64,000 nt of DNA from Microcoleus sp. (GTDB lineage: Bacteria > Cyanobacteriota > Cyanobacteriia > Cyanobacteriales > Microcoleaceae): contig CP181291.1 of NCBI GenBank assembly GCA_052279835.1, positions 1,376,001-1,440,000 on the forward strand, written 5' to 3'. The stretch's first letter is position 1. The number at the start of each line of letters is the position of its first letter. The notes beneath the pieces were generated by a model. It had not been told where the DNA came from, searched no databases, and saw only the letters and a list, made by a program, of their open reading frames with translations. The translations under genes and the position numbers were made by a program. Below, in pieces: positions 29,368 to 39,964 of this stretch.

Positions 29368-30843
29368 ATGTTCTTTTTATGGTTGTTTGTATTGGGACTG
29401 TTCTCATACTTCTTATTGCACAACAGTATCCGTCGCATCACGCGAACTCCGGTATGGCTGCTGTGGCTGGTAATCATGGCACCCGCCCTGATTTGGACTG
29501 GTTGGCTGTTAGTTAACAGCCCTAGCAAAAGTTCACCGCCAGATTGGCTAATTATACCTTTTTTAGTTTGCCCTTTTTTGTACTGGTTTCTGGTACAGTT
29601 GGGGCGTAAGGAAATTACCAGCGAAACCGCCCAAACCACAGTTACTGATGGGACAGAACCTGCCAAATCCCAACAAAAACCTGCTTTACGCCCGATCGAT
29701 CAAAAGGAAGAAGCTAGTTTGCGTGACTGTTTTCCTTGGTCTGTTTACTATTTGCGAGATTTAGAATTTCGGCCCCAGGCTGTAATTTGTCGCGGACAGT
29801 TGCGGACTAACCCGGAAGCGGCTTACCATGCGATTCGGGACAATGTGGAAAAGCATTTTGGCGATCGCTTTTTGGTAGTATTTCAAACAAGTTTCAGCGG
29901 TCAACCCTTTTTTGCCCTCGTCCCTAATCCTGAACGTAAATCTGCCGAAAGTCCTGTTAATAATCAACCTTTGAATCGACCATTTTTTGCTGTAGGTTTG
30001 CTCCTCATCACGCTATTTACCACAACGATAGTCGGTGCACAAATAGCAGGAATTACCGAAAAAGCTGTCCAATCTAATCCGTCAATGTTAATTAAGGGTT
30101 TACCCTATGCGACCGCTTTGATGGTTATTTTGGGGATTCACGAATCGGGACACTATTTAGCAGCAAAATTTCATAAAATTAGAACTACTTTACCCTATTT
30201 TATTCCCGTGCCCTTTTTCTTGGGAACCTTTGGCGCTTTTATTCAAATTCGGAGTCCGATTCCCCACCGTAGAGCTTTATTTGATGTCGGTATTGCGGGG
30301 CCTTTGGCTGGTTTAGTGGCGACAGTGCCGCTTTTAATTTGGGGTTTGTACCACTCGACAATTGTGCCTATTTCTAACAAGTCAGGGATGTTAAATTTTG
30401 ATTCTTTCAATCCCAATTTTTCTTTGATGATGACTCTATTGAGTAAGTTAACCTTGGGTGGCGCTTTAAATTCGGAAACAGCAATTAATTTGCATCCGGT
30501 AGCAGTGGCTGGTTATTTGGGTTTGATCGTGACGGCGTTTAATTTGATGCCGGTGGGACAACTCGACGGCGGGCACATCGTCCACGCTATGTTTGGTCAG
30601 GGGGCAAGTATGGCGATCGGACAATTTGCTAGACTTTCTATGTTGCTGCTGGCTTTTTTGGAACCGGGTTTGTTGTTGTGGGCGGTGATTTTGTTTTTGA
30701 TGCCGCTAAACGATGAACCGGCCTTGAATGATGTGAGCGAATTAAATAATTGGCGTGATGGTTTGGGGTTGGTGGCGATGGGGCTATTATTGGCTATTCT
30801 GTTACCAGCACCTAGGGTATTGATTCAGTGGTTGAATGTTTAG
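29368..30843 (+). CDS. Site-2 protease (M50) family
   Basis: HESGH, AGPLAG and NLMPVGQLDGGH. Confidence 0.92.
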   Translation: MFFLWLFVLGLFSYFLLHNSIRRITRTPVWLLWLVIMAPALIWTGWLLVNSPSKSSPPDWLIIPFLVCPFLYWFLVQLGRKEITSETAQTTVTDGTEPAKSQQKPALRPIDQKEEASLRDCFPWSVYYLRDLEFRPQAVICRGQLRTNPEAAYHAIRDNVEKHFGDRFLVVFQTSFSGQPFFALVPNPERKSAESPVNNQPLNRPFFAVGLLLITLFTTTIVGAQIAGITEKAVQSNPSMLIKGLPYATALMVILGIHESGHYLAAKFHKIRTTLPYFIPVPFFLGTFGAFIQIRSPIPHRRALFDVGIAGPLAGLVATVPLLIWGLYHSTIVPISNKSGMLNFDSFNPNFSLMMTLLSKLTLGGALNSETAINLHPVAVAGYLGLIVTAFNLMPVGQLDGGHIVHAMFGQGASMAIGQFARLSMLLLAFLEPGLLLWAVILFLMPLNDEPALNDVSELNNWRDGLGLVAMGLLLAILLPAPRVLIQWLNV

Positions 30844-31371
30844 CCGGAATAATCAAGCAGGAAGAAGAGCGAGGTGAAGAACACTTATTAGCCAATTTTT
30901 TAGTGACCGATATCTTACCTTTAATGAGGTTGAATTACTTAACCTTTTTAAGATTTATAATTTTTATAAAATAAATATTCATCAAATTAATATAATGTAT
31001 TTTTATACAAAAAACAAGTAAAACTTTAAATTAATGTTGACAGTCTGGGAAGACCTATGCTAGATTTTTGTAAGGCTACAGTAAATTTACTGAAGTCCAG
31101 TGCAGCCCTAATGCAGCCCTAAGTGCGATCGACGAGATGGGATAGGTAAACTAATGCAGAAAAACATAATAACTAGAACTCATTACCAGTGAAAGTGCTG
31201 TGTAGATCTAGGTATCGGATTTTATGTTTAATTAGGTGAACGGACTTAGTAGTGAGGTAAATTTAGAAAGTAGATGCAAGGAAATTGGCATTTCAAACTT
31301 AATCAAAGTTACCCTAATCCCCTGGGGTTAGCATCATCACCCCTGCCCTTTAATCAAATTTAAATCTAGCC

Positions 31372-32487
31372 ATGAATCTTTTTCTACTTTCTTCACGGAG
31401 TTTAGTCTCAAGTGTATCCTGGGACCCTGTTTTTGAACTGGAAAATATTGTTTTACAAACCTGCAAAGCGCAACTTTTGATTCCATCGTGTCGCGAGATC
31501 ATCCAGTGGTCTTCATCTAAACTCCATCCATTACCCGATCGCATTCTACGTAAAGTTGTCAAGTCTACTACAGGTTTCTATAAATTGGAACCTTTACCTG
31601 ACTTATCCAACGAGTCCAATGTTTTACTGCTGATAGGTATATCAGGAGCCGATCTGGAACTCCTATCAAGTATACCAAAGTGGAGGCAAAGTTTTGATGT
31701 CGTCATCGCTTATATTTTTGATTCTTGGTGCCCAGAAATTTATTCAAAAAATGTCTATCAATTAGATCATTTATTCGTGGCACTTCCCGAAGTTATAGAT
31801 GAACTTAAGCAAAAATTTGGTATCCCAGTCTCCTTAATCCCCTTTGCGGCGGATGTTCTCACTCAGGGTTCGTGTCAACAGAAGCGTTCCATAGACTTAA
31901 CTAGCTTCGGGCGCATTCCCTCACATTACGATCGTGCTTTTTGCAATAAATTTAATCTACCTGGTTCCGAACAAATTTACTTTAAATCTACGCCCAGAAC
32001 AGGAGAGGAATTTCCGAAATTGCCTTACGAAATGCGAAAAGACGAGCCAGATACTCTGATGCTATTTCACATTCTCAGACATAGCAAACTGACCTTGGCA
32101 TTTGATACACTCTATCCTGGTATGCGTCCGTTTCCTTATTCGTTTATTACACTGCGTTGGTTTTACGGTGCTGCGACGGGTGGTGCGGTAGTTGGGAAGC
32201 GTCCAACAACCCCTCTAATGGATGAGTTGCTGAATTGGGAAGATGCTACTATTGAGCTGCCCGATGACCCACAAAAAAGTGTGGAATTCATTGATGAACT
32301 GTTAGAGGATGAAGTGCGGCTGAATAAGATATACAAACGCAACTATGTTGAGAGTTTAGCCCGTCATGACTGGAGACATCGGATTCAGAGTATGCTGGAA
32401 ACGGTGAAAATTCCCCTACCCCAGGGACTGGGAGAAGAATTATCACAGATGAAGAGAATTCATGACCAAATGGTCTGTCGATTTTAG
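31372..32487 (+). CDS. Glycosyltransferase (CgeB/Glyco_trans_1_2-like)
   Basis: RSIDLTSFGR, LRWFYGAATG..VGKRP and RHDWRHRI. Confidence 0.72.
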   Translation: MNLFLLSSRSLVSSVSWDPVFELENIVLQTCKAQLLIPSCREIIQWSSSKLHPLPDRILRKVVKSTTGFYKLEPLPDLSNESNVLLLIGISGADLELLSSIPKWRQSFDVVIAYIFDSWCPEIYSKNVYQLDHLFVALPEVIDELKQKFGIPVSLIPFAADVLTQGSCQQKRSIDLTSFGRIPSHYDRAFCNKFNLPGSEQIYFKSTPRTGEEFPKLPYEMRKDEPDTLMLFHILRHSKLTLAFDTLYPGMRPFPYSFITLRWFYGAATGGAVVGKRPTTPLMDELLNWEDATIELPDDPQKSVEFIDELLEDEVRLNKIYKRNYVESLARHDWRHRIQSMLETVKIPLPQGLGEELSQMKRIHDQMVCRF

Positions 32488-32751
32488 ATTGGGGATTTGA
32501 AATTAGAGAATTATTAATTGGACGAAGCGGGGGGCAAAACTACATTACTTGATGGTGATGTCAGAGTAAATTTTGTCAAAAAGAAAGAGATTGATTTGAA
32601 GACATTTTGAGTGAATTTGAGAGGGATATATTCACCTAATTTGACATAGATTCCTATGGATAAATAGGAAAACTAATCAATTGTAACAATACTTTGGTAG
32701 GATATACTCTGGCACTGACAGTCCCACATCTTAAAATAATCCCGAATCGAC

Positions 32752-33933
32752 ATGAGCCAGCATCCCGACCGCATTGCCCCTCATGGTGGCATCCTGGTCA
32801 ACCGCATCGCCACCCTAGACCAAAGACAAGCATTTTTTGACAAAGCAGAAGCTTTGCCGCGAGTTCAGCTTTCAGATCGATCGATCTCCGACCTACAAAT
32901 GATCGCCATCGGCGCCTTCAGTCCCCTGCAAGGGTTCATGAATGAGGCAGATTATCGATCGGTCGTCACCCAAATGCGCCTCTCCAACGGCCTCCCCTGG
33001 TCAGTACCAATCACCCTCTCAGTCAGCGAAGAAGTGGCAGCCACCCTGACAGAAGGGACTTTGGTCCGGCTAGACTCCCCCAGTGGCGAGTTTGCCGGCG
33101 TACTGGAACTGACTGAAAAATATCACTACAGCAAAGAAGAAGAAGCCATTAACGTCTACCGCACCGACGATCTCAAACATCCAGGTGTCCAAGTAATAGA
33201 CAAGTCGGGTCCAGTGAACCTAGCAGGTCCAGTGTGGTTGCTGGAACGGGAACTAGACGCCCGCTTTCCCCAATACCAAATTGACCCGGTGAAATCGAGA
33301 ATGCTGTTCGCAGAAAAAGGATGGAAAACCATAGTCGGTTTCCAAACCCGAAACCCGATCCATCGCGCTCACGAATACATTCAAAAATGTGCTCTAGAAA
33401 CTGTAGACGGCTTATTCTTGCACCCCTTGGTGGGGACGACTAAGGGCGATGATATTCCGGCGGATGTGCGGATGCGTTGCTACGAGATTCTGCTAGAAAA
33501 ATACTATCCGCACGATCGCGTAATTTTAGCAATCAATCCAGCGGCGATGCGCTACGCCGGACCACGGGAAGCAATTTTTCACGCTTTGATTCGCAAAAAC
33601 TATGGTTGTACTCACTTTATCGTGGGGCGCGATCATGCAGGCGTGGGGGATTACTATGGTACCTACGATGCTCAACACATTTTTGAGGAATTTGAGCCGG
33701 GAGAATTGGGAATTGTGCCGATGAAATTCGAGCACGCTTTCTATTGCAAAGTGACGGAACAAATGGCGACCACGAAAACCAGTCCTAGCACTCCCGAACA
33801 GCGGGTACATTTGTCGGGAACCAAAGTGCGGGAAATGTTGCGGGCTGGAAAATTACCACCCCCCCAGTTTTCTCGGCCAGAAGTTGCTGCGGAATTGGCA
33901 AAGGCGATGAATATTTTCAGCTATGAAATTTAA
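32752..33933 (+). CDS. sat: Sulfate adenylyltransferase
   Basis: [32 protein letters not shown] and LSGTKVR. Confidence 0.97.
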   Translation: MSQHPDRIAPHGGILVNRIATLDQRQAFFDKAEALPRVQLSDRSISDLQMIAIGAFSPLQGFMNEADYRSVVTQMRLSNGLPWSVPITLSVSEEVAATLTEGTLVRLDSPSGEFAGVLELTEKYHYSKEEEAINVYRTDDLKHPGVQVIDKSGPVNLAGPVWLLERELDARFPQYQIDPVKSRMLFAEKGWKTIVGFQTRNPIHRAHEYIQKCALETVDGLFLHPLVGTTKGDDIPADVRMRCYEILLEKYYPHDRVILAINPAAMRYAGPREAIFHALIRKNYGCTHFIVGRDHAGVGDYYGTYDAQHIFEEFEPGELGIVPMKFEHAFYCKVTEQMATTKTSPSTPEQRVHLSGTKVREMLRAGKLPPPQFSRPEVAAELAKAMNIFSYEI

Positions 33934-34018
33934 ATCTTAAACCTTGTTGTTGGCGACACTTAGTCTTCGGCAGAGGAGTGAGAATATTAAGTAAGAGCAC
34001 GACGATCGGGAATCATTA

Positions 34019-36190
34019 ATGGGACTCAAGCGGCGGGAATTTTTGCAGCAAGCGGGCTGGGTGTTAGCAGCGCTGGGTATCAGCGAGGCTGGATGGGAAC
34101 GGTTGGGCGATCGCTACTACCAGGCCCTAGCCCAGCCGACAGCCCGCAAATTGGCATTGTTAGTGGGCGTTGACAAATATCCAGGATCGGCGCTGCACGG
34201 CTGTGTCACCGATGTGGAATTGCAGCGGGAATTACTGGTATATCGGTTTGGGTTTGGGCCATCAGACATTCTGACTTTGACTGACTCTCAAGCTACCAGG
34301 GAAAATATCGAGACGGCTTTTGTCAGTCACTTGACTCAACAAGCTAAACCCGGAGACGTGGTGGTTTTTCACTTCAGCGGCTGCGGTAGCAGAGTCAGTT
34401 TGGGCGAGTCAGCGACGGTAATGCAAAACAGTTTGGTGCCGGTAGATGATGTTGTGCCTGCTTTGGGAAACCGGGCGGTGAACGATATGTTAGAGGAAAC
34501 ACTGCTGCTGTTGATGCGATCGCTCCCAACAGAAAGTGCGATCGCCATTCTCGACACCAGCTACAGCTATCCGGGTGTAAATCCCACCGGCAACTTCCGC
34601 ATTCGTTCCCGCCCCCGCCCCATAGTCGCCAGTCCAAGCATGGGGGAATTAGACTTACTCGATCGACTTAAATTAGTCAACAATCTCAGTTCTAGCGGAG
34701 GCACCACACTCACCGCCTCCGCCCCTGGTCAACTCTCCGCCGAAATTCAGTGGAACGGGTTTACAGCCGGTTTATTTACTTACGCCCTCACCCAAACTTT
34801 GTGGTGGACAACTCCCGCCAGCAGCTTGCAAGTCAGTTTTAGCCGCGCCGCGGCTCAAGTCGAGCAAAGGAGCGGCTTAACCCAGGAACCGCAAATTCGC
34901 CATGATGATGTAAAAGCACCTGCGGGGATGTTTGCAACAGCGATGTTAAATTCCGCTACTGCTGACGGGGCAGTGTCTGCGGTAGAAGAGGGTAGCAAAA
35001 CTGTCCAACTGTGGCTGGCCGGGTTGCCGCCAGAAATTTTAGAGTCCTGTGGCGCTTCTGTATTCAGCCCCGTTTCCTCAGAGGGCGCGAGGCTGTTACT
35101 GCTGCGACGTAACGGTCTTTCTGCTAAAGCCCAAGTCTTAGAAGCGCCCATCTCAAACCAGGTGCAACTGACTGCGGGCGAATTAGTCAGAGAAGAAATT
35201 CGGGTTCTGCCCCGAAACATCAGTTTAACTGTAGCTTTGGACTCTGGTTTAGAACGCATCGAGCGGGTGGACGCTACCAGCGCCTTTGCGACTGTGCCCC
35301 AAGTCTCGGCGGTAGCGGGAGACCAACCAGCGGACTATCGGTTTGGCAGAGTGCCAGAAACCACTGTAGCTCAAACTCCTGGGGTCTATGAGCCTGGTTT
35401 GTATCAAGGTCGTTACGGTTTGTTTTCTGTGGGTGAAACGCTGGTTCCGCATACTGAGGGTGATGGCGGAGAGGCCGTGAAAGTTGCGGTACAGCGATTG
35501 ACTCCGCAGTTGAAAACCCTGTTGGCGATCAAGTTGCTGCGCCTGACAGTGAATGAGGGGTCTTCGCGTCTGAAGGTGCGGGCGATGCTAGCAACTCTCG
35601 CGCCTCAAGCTATGACTGTGGCCGGGCGATCGCCTGTGCGAGGTGTCAGTGACGATCGAGTGTCATCGCTGAGGGGGGAAAGTGAGAAATCTGGGAATTT
35701 GGGTATATTAAGTGTGAAGGCTGGGAGCCGGATGCAATATCGATTGTATAACGATGGCGATCGCCCAGTTTACTTTATGGTATTTGGCTCGGATAGTTCA
35801 AGACGGCTGCTAGTATTCAATTGTGATGGGGAAACCAATGTGCCAGGGCCGATGCAGGCGATCGCCCCTGGTGCAAATTTGAGTGTACCCCAGGCAGGGG
35901 CGATCGGGTGGGAGGTATCTAGGGCGATCGGGCTTACTGAAACTTTTGTTATACTTAGTGAGAATCCGTTCGATCGCACTTTGACTGCTTTACAGGGAGG
36001 AATGCAGCAAGCCAGGGATGCCTCGCCAATTCGAGTATTGTTGAATCCTTTAAATGTGGCCAGGGCTGTATTGGAAGATTTGCACGCCGCCAGCATGACA
36101 GGGGTGGAAAAAGTGGGGATATCCACCGATGATATAGCTTTGGATGTGAATGTGTGGGCAACTCTGAGTTTTGTTTATCGGGTAGTTTAA
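34019..36190 (+). CDS. Caspase-like (C14, orthocaspase) protein with Tat signal and DUF4384-like C-terminus; catalytic dyad substituted
   Basis: KRREFL, KLALLVGVDKY, LHGCVTDV, FHFSGCGS and ILDTSYS. Confidence 0.88.
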   Translation: MGLKRREFLQQAGWVLAALGISEAGWERLGDRYYQALAQPTARKLALLVGVDKYPGSALHGCVTDVELQRELLVYRFGFGPSDILTLTDSQATRENIETAFVSHLTQQAKPGDVVVFHFSGCGSRVSLGESATVMQNSLVPVDDVVPALGNRAVNDMLEETLLLLMRSLPTESAIAILDTSYSYPGVNPTGNFRIRSRPRPIVASPSMGELDLLDRLKLVNNLSSSGGTTLTASAPGQLSAEIQWNGFTAGLFTYALTQTLWWTTPASSLQVSFSRAAAQVEQRSGLTQEPQIRHDDVKAPAGMFATAMLNSATADGAVSAVEEGSKTVQLWLAGLPPEILESCGASVFSPVSSEGARLLLLRRNGLSAKAQVLEAPISNQVQLTAGELVREEIRVLPRNISLTVALDSGLERIERVDATSAFATVPQVSAVAGDQPADYRFGRVPETTVAQTPGVYEPGLYQGRYGLFSVGETLVPHTEGDGGEAVKVAVQRLTPQLKTLLAIKLLRLTVNEGSSRLKVRAMLATLAPQAMTVAGRSPVRGVSDDRVSSLRGESEKSGNLGILSVKAGSRMQYRLYNDGDRPVYFMVFGSDSSRRLLVFNCDGETNVPGPMQAIAPGANLSVPQAGAIGWEVSRAIGLTETFVILSENPFDRTLTALQGGMQQARDASPIRVLLNPLNVARAVLEDLHAASMTGVEKVGISTDDIALDVNVWATLSFVYRVV

Positions 36191-36385
36191 TTGTTGCTGT
36201 TGATGCCATCAATTCATGGCCATTCCCATGACTCATCCTCTGTCTCCCTTTCTCAAGGCCGCCTAATTGCCCCAAACCGCAATAATTCTTTACAATTAAA
36301 AATAGCATAACGGTTCTCAAGGGTTTGGGCCTTAAATTGACACCAATGCCCAATGCCCTTTAACTTAAAAAACATCCCTTAAAAA

Positions 36386-37657
36386 ATGGCTGTAAACCAA
36401 CTTTCTGCAACCCCATCCCCCCTCCAAACAGCGGAATTAGACTATGATATCGCGATCGTCGGAGGCGGCATAGTCGGCGCAACCTTAGCCTGCGCCCTCA
36501 AAGATTCCGGCTTAAAAATCGCCATCATCGAAACCCAAATCCCCGCAGCAGCAGCAGCCAAAAAACAAGCTTACGCAGTCACCTTGCTGTCAGGAATGAT
36601 CTTAGAAGGCATCGGCGTGTGGGAACAAATCTTGCCACAAATCACCACCTTCGAGCAAATTAGCCTCTGCGACGGCGACTATCCCGGAATTGTAGAATTC
36701 CATCGCCCAGACTTGGGAAATACTGGCAAATTACCCGTACCAAAAGCCGCTTTAGGTTATGTCGGCGAGCACCGAGTCATGCTGTCAGCTTTGCAGGAAT
36801 CCTTGGCAAAAAACCCGAATTTCAGTTGGGTTTGTCCGGCGGAAGTAGTGGAGGTCAAATATTTAACTAATTGTGCCGAAATTGCCATCAAACAAAACAG
36901 TGAAACTCGCACTGTTCGTACTAAATTATTAGTTGCTGCTGATGGTTCTAAATCTCGCATCCGCACAGCAGCCAACATCGGCACTCGCGGCTGGAAATAC
37001 TGGCAATCCTGCGTTGCTATTACTATTAAAACTCAAAAACCCCACAACGATATTGCTTTCGAGCGCTTTTGGCCCAGTGGCCCGATGGGAGTTTTGCCAT
37101 TACCGGGAAACCGCTGTCAAGTAGTTTGGACTGCACCCCATGGGGAGGCGAAAGCTTTGCAACAAATGGATGAAACAGAGTTTTTAGCTTTGTTGAAACA
37201 GCGCACGGGCGGAGTTTTGGGAAATTTGGAATTGGAGAGCGATCGCTTTTTGTTTCCGGTACAGTTAATGCAGAGCGATCGCTACGTATTGCCCAGATTA
37301 GCATTAATTGGCGATGCGGCGCACTGTTGCCATCCTGTGGGCGGCCAGGGACTAAATATGGGCATTCGAGATGCAGGTGCGATCGCCCAAATCTTGCAAC
37401 AAGCCCACCAAAAAGGCGAAGACATCGGCGATTTGCGAGTATTGAAAAGGTATCACAACTGGCGCAAACAAGAAAATTTAATCGTGTTAGGATTTACGGA
37501 TTTCTTAGATAGGTTATTTTCTAATACTTGGCTGCCAATTGTGGCATTTCGCCGCTTCGGATTGTGGTGTTTGCGAACAATTCCCCCGGTCAGGTTTGTA
37601 GCATTGCGGTTGATGACAGGCTTAATGGGGCGGCCGCCGGAATTATCGCAAAACTAG
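36386..37657 (+). CDS. UbiH/COQ6-family FAD-dependent hydroxylase
   Basis: IVGGGIVG, VAADGSKS and IGDAAHCCHPVGGQGLNMGIRD. Confidence 0.92.
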   Translation: MAVNQLSATPSPLQTAELDYDIAIVGGGIVGATLACALKDSGLKIAIIETQIPAAAAAKKQAYAVTLLSGMILEGIGVWEQILPQITTFEQISLCDGDYPGIVEFHRPDLGNTGKLPVPKAALGYVGEHRVMLSALQESLAKNPNFSWVCPAEVVEVKYLTNCAEIAIKQNSETRTVRTKLLVAADGSKSRIRTAANIGTRGWKYWQSCVAITIKTQKPHNDIAFERFWPSGPMGVLPLPGNRCQVVWTAPHGEAKALQQMDETEFLALLKQRTGGVLGNLELESDRFLFPVQLMQSDRYVLPRLALIGDAAHCCHPVGGQGLNMGIRDAGAIAQILQQAHQKGEDIGDLRVLKRYHNWRKQENLIVLGFTDFLDRLFSNTWLPIVAFRRFGLWCLRTIPPVRFVALRLMTGLMGRPPELSQN

Positions 37658-37674
37658 GTTATTTCATACATCCT

Positions 37675-37870
37675 GTAGGGGCGGGTTCACCAACCATGAT
37701 CGCCCCAAACAAACAATCTCAAAAAACCCGCCCAACCCAACGATAAATCATCATGTAAATTTTGGCGATGGGATGAAAATTTCAGGTTGATGTAGGCGAT
37801 CGGTGGTGGCACGGCGGGTTTATTTAGATGGTTGGTAATTGTTATGTATTGTTGGCGAAGCCGCCCCTAC
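37675..37870. repeat. Pair of inverted REP-like GTAGGGGCGGGTT elements
   Basis: gtaggggcgggttc..aaacccgcccaac (37675-37736) and ggcgggttt..gaagccgcccctac (37812-37870). Confidence 0.75.
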
Positions 37871-38002
37871 AAAATATCGTACAATACCATCAAAGAAACC
37901 GGGTTTTTTCCTGGATATCTGCAATGTTACGAATTTTGTCGCAAAAACGCGGTATAATACTCCGCTTAGCTCGAACCCTGCCCTGACAGCAGTAGACAAA
38001 CC

Positions 38003-38677
38003 ATGCAACCCGAACAAGAACAAGAGATTCTCAACCTGCGGGATCGCCAATTAACGCCCAAACAAATTGCCCGAAAGTTAGGATTGAAAGCATCCGAAGT
38101 CACTACCTTTCTGATAGCTCAGGCAGAACAAACAGCCCTCGCTAGCGCCGAAAAAGGAGAGTTATTGCCCGTTGCTCAATGTCTCGTAGATGTAAATTTT
38201 GCCAATGCCTTGTTGCGCAATGAAACCACTGAAGCGGGCGGTTTGGGTTTAGTGATGGTTACTCGTTCCAAGGGATACAATCGTTTTGTTGCAGCCACTT
38301 ATTTGATAGACTACTGGTGTTTGGGAGTCAAGGATACCATTCCGCCACGTAACTGCAACGATAGCCAATATAAAAATCTCATTGAGAATTCTTACTCGCC
38401 GTTTCTGGGATACGAGGAGATTCGTTTAGAGCAAGCACAAGCCATGGTTTGGGGCGCGATCGCCTATGCCAAAAAATTAGGCTTTGAACCGCACCGCGAT
38501 TTCGAGCAGTCGAAGGCTCATCTAGGAGAATCAACCTGCGAAATCAGCTTGAAATTCGGTCGCAATGGAAAACCTTGTTATATTGAAGGGCCTTACGATA
38601 ATACAACGAAAATTATCAATACGCTCAAAAAGTCTGTGGGAGACGGTAATTTCGATTACTTGCACGGGATTGGGTAG
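38003..38677 (+). CDS. Hypothetical protein with N-terminal HTH
   Basis: LTPKQIARKLGL HTH; YLIDYWCLGVKD, GFEPHRDF and YIEGPYD. Confidence 0.8.
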   Translation: MQPEQEQEILNLRDRQLTPKQIARKLGLKASEVTTFLIAQAEQTALASAEKGELLPVAQCLVDVNFANALLRNETTEAGGLGLVMVTRSKGYNRFVAATYLIDYWCLGVKDTIPPRNCNDSQYKNLIENSYSPFLGYEEIRLEQAQAMVWGAIAYAKKLGFEPHRDFEQSKAHLGESTCEISLKFGRNGKPCYIEGPYDNTTKIINTLKKSVGDGNFDYLHGIG

Positions 38678-38741
38678 AAATTGATACGGTTCAGTAGGAT
38701 AGTCAATTGTAAAATTCTGGTTTCCCGCGCACTATCAAACA

Positions 38742-38812
38742 AAGAAACCGGGTTTTTTCCCATCTCTTTGCCTGTCACGAAATATGCTCGCAAAAACCCG
38801 GTTTCTGGCCAC
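38742..38812. repeat. AGAAACCGGG...CCCGGTTTCT repeat, left copy
   Basis: Nearly identical to the copies at 39711 and 39797. Confidence 0.88.
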
Positions 38813-38917
38813 CCGTGCATCCAAGACCAAACTAAATTCATCCTGGTATATAATCAAAATATAACAGAGCGGAGTCAAATCTATCTCAACTAAAGCAGAA
38901 ACGGAGGAAAATCAACA

Positions 38918-38980
38918 ATGAATTTAGAGCAAGGGGTTTTAGATAAGTTGCGCGGATTGCCTCCGAATCGAATAGCGTAG
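38918..38980 (+). pseudogene. Truncated DUF2281-like antitoxin stub (20 aa)
   Basis: GGAGG RBS, then MNLEQGVLDKLRGLPPNRIA*, resembling the start of DUF2281 proteins. Confidence 0.5.
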
Positions 38981-38998
38981 ATTTCGGAGGCGACTGAG

Positions 38999-39316
38999 AT
39001 GTTAGTCAAGAATATCGAAATTCCGAAAGATCGAATAGTTGACTTTTGCCAACGCTGGAAAATTACTGAATTTGCCTTATTTGGTTCGGTGCTGCGGGAT
39101 GATTTTCGCCCTGACAGCGACATAGATATTTTAGCAACTTTCGAGCCAGATTTTCAGTGGACTTTATTGAAGTTGATGCAAATGGAAGAGGAATTAGAAG
39201 CTATTTTTGAGCGTAAAGTAGATTTTGTGAGCAAAGGAGCTATTGAGCAAAGCTTAAACTATCTTCGTCGTAAAGCTATCCTTAATTCTGCTCAGGTGAT
39301 TTATGCAGCCTCGTGA
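38999..39316 (+). CDS. Minimal nucleotidyltransferase antitoxin (MntA-like)
   Basis: FGSVLRDDFRPDSDID (GSx10DxD) and RKVDFV. Confidence 0.92.
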   Translation: MLVKNIEIPKDRIVDFCQRWKITEFALFGSVLRDDFRPDSDIDILATFEPDFQWTLLKLMQMEEELEAIFERKVDFVSKGAIEQSLNYLRRKAILNSAQVIYAAS

Positions 39317-39650
39317 ACTTCATGCTTTGCTGGATATTCTCATCGCATCAAAACTAGCTTTGAGGTATGTCTCCGGCAAAACCCCGACCGAATTTTTGGT
39401 AGATATCCAATTGCAAGATTCTGTAATTCGGCGAGTTGAGATTATTGGGGAAGCGTCTAGACGAATTTCTGAGGAAACTTGTCTGTCGCTGCCTCAGATT
39501 CCCTGGTGGCGTATGATAGGGATGCGTAATCGGATAATCCACGAGTACGATCGGGTTGATTTAGCGGTGGTTTGGGATGTTGTTCAGAATGAGTTACCAT
39601 CTTTAATTGTGGAACTCGAAACAATTGTGCCGCCAGAAGATGGGGAATAA
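39303..39650 (+). CDS. HEPN/DUF86 RNase toxin (HepT-like)
   Basis: IIGEA, IPW and MRNRIIHEY (Rx4HxY); overlaps the MNT stop. Confidence 0.92.
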   Translation: MQPRELHALLDILIASKLALRYVSGKTPTEFLVDIQLQDSVIRRVEIIGEASRRISEETCLSLPQIPWWRMIGMRNRIIHEYDRVDLAVVWDVVQNELPSLIVELETIVPPEDGE

Positions 39651-39689
39651 ACTGTCCATTGTAAAAACTGCACAGTCAATTGTCAAATT

Positions 39690-39941
39690 CTGGCCACTCG
39701 CGCACAATCTAAGAAACCGGGTTTTTTCCCATCTCTTCGCCTGTCACGAAATATGCTCGCAAAAACCCGGTTTCTGGCCACTCGCGCACAATCTTTAGAA
39801 ACCGGGTTTTTTCCCATCTCTTCGCCTGTCACGAAATATGCTCGCAAAAACCCGGTTTCTGAGATTTTGGGTATGGCGATAAACCGGGTTTTTTTCGAGA
39901 ATATCGATACAGCCGAAGATATTGCGAAAAACCCGGTTTCT
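39690..39941. repeat. Tandem (85-bp period) AGAAACCGGG...CCCGGTTTCT repeats plus a diverged third unit
   Basis: Units start at 39712, 39797 and about 39881. Confidence 0.88.
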
Positions 39942-39964
39942 TTGGGCTAGTTTGTTTGTCCGCG

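Noticed and set aside
37820..38054. Short ORFs upstream of the HTH gene
   Set aside because: They overlap repeats and the real gene start, with no coding signature.
39690..39941. CRISPR-like array of palindromic repeats
   Set aside because: The intervening sequences are identical rather than unique spacers, the 85-bp unit is a plain duplication, and no cas genes are in the window.
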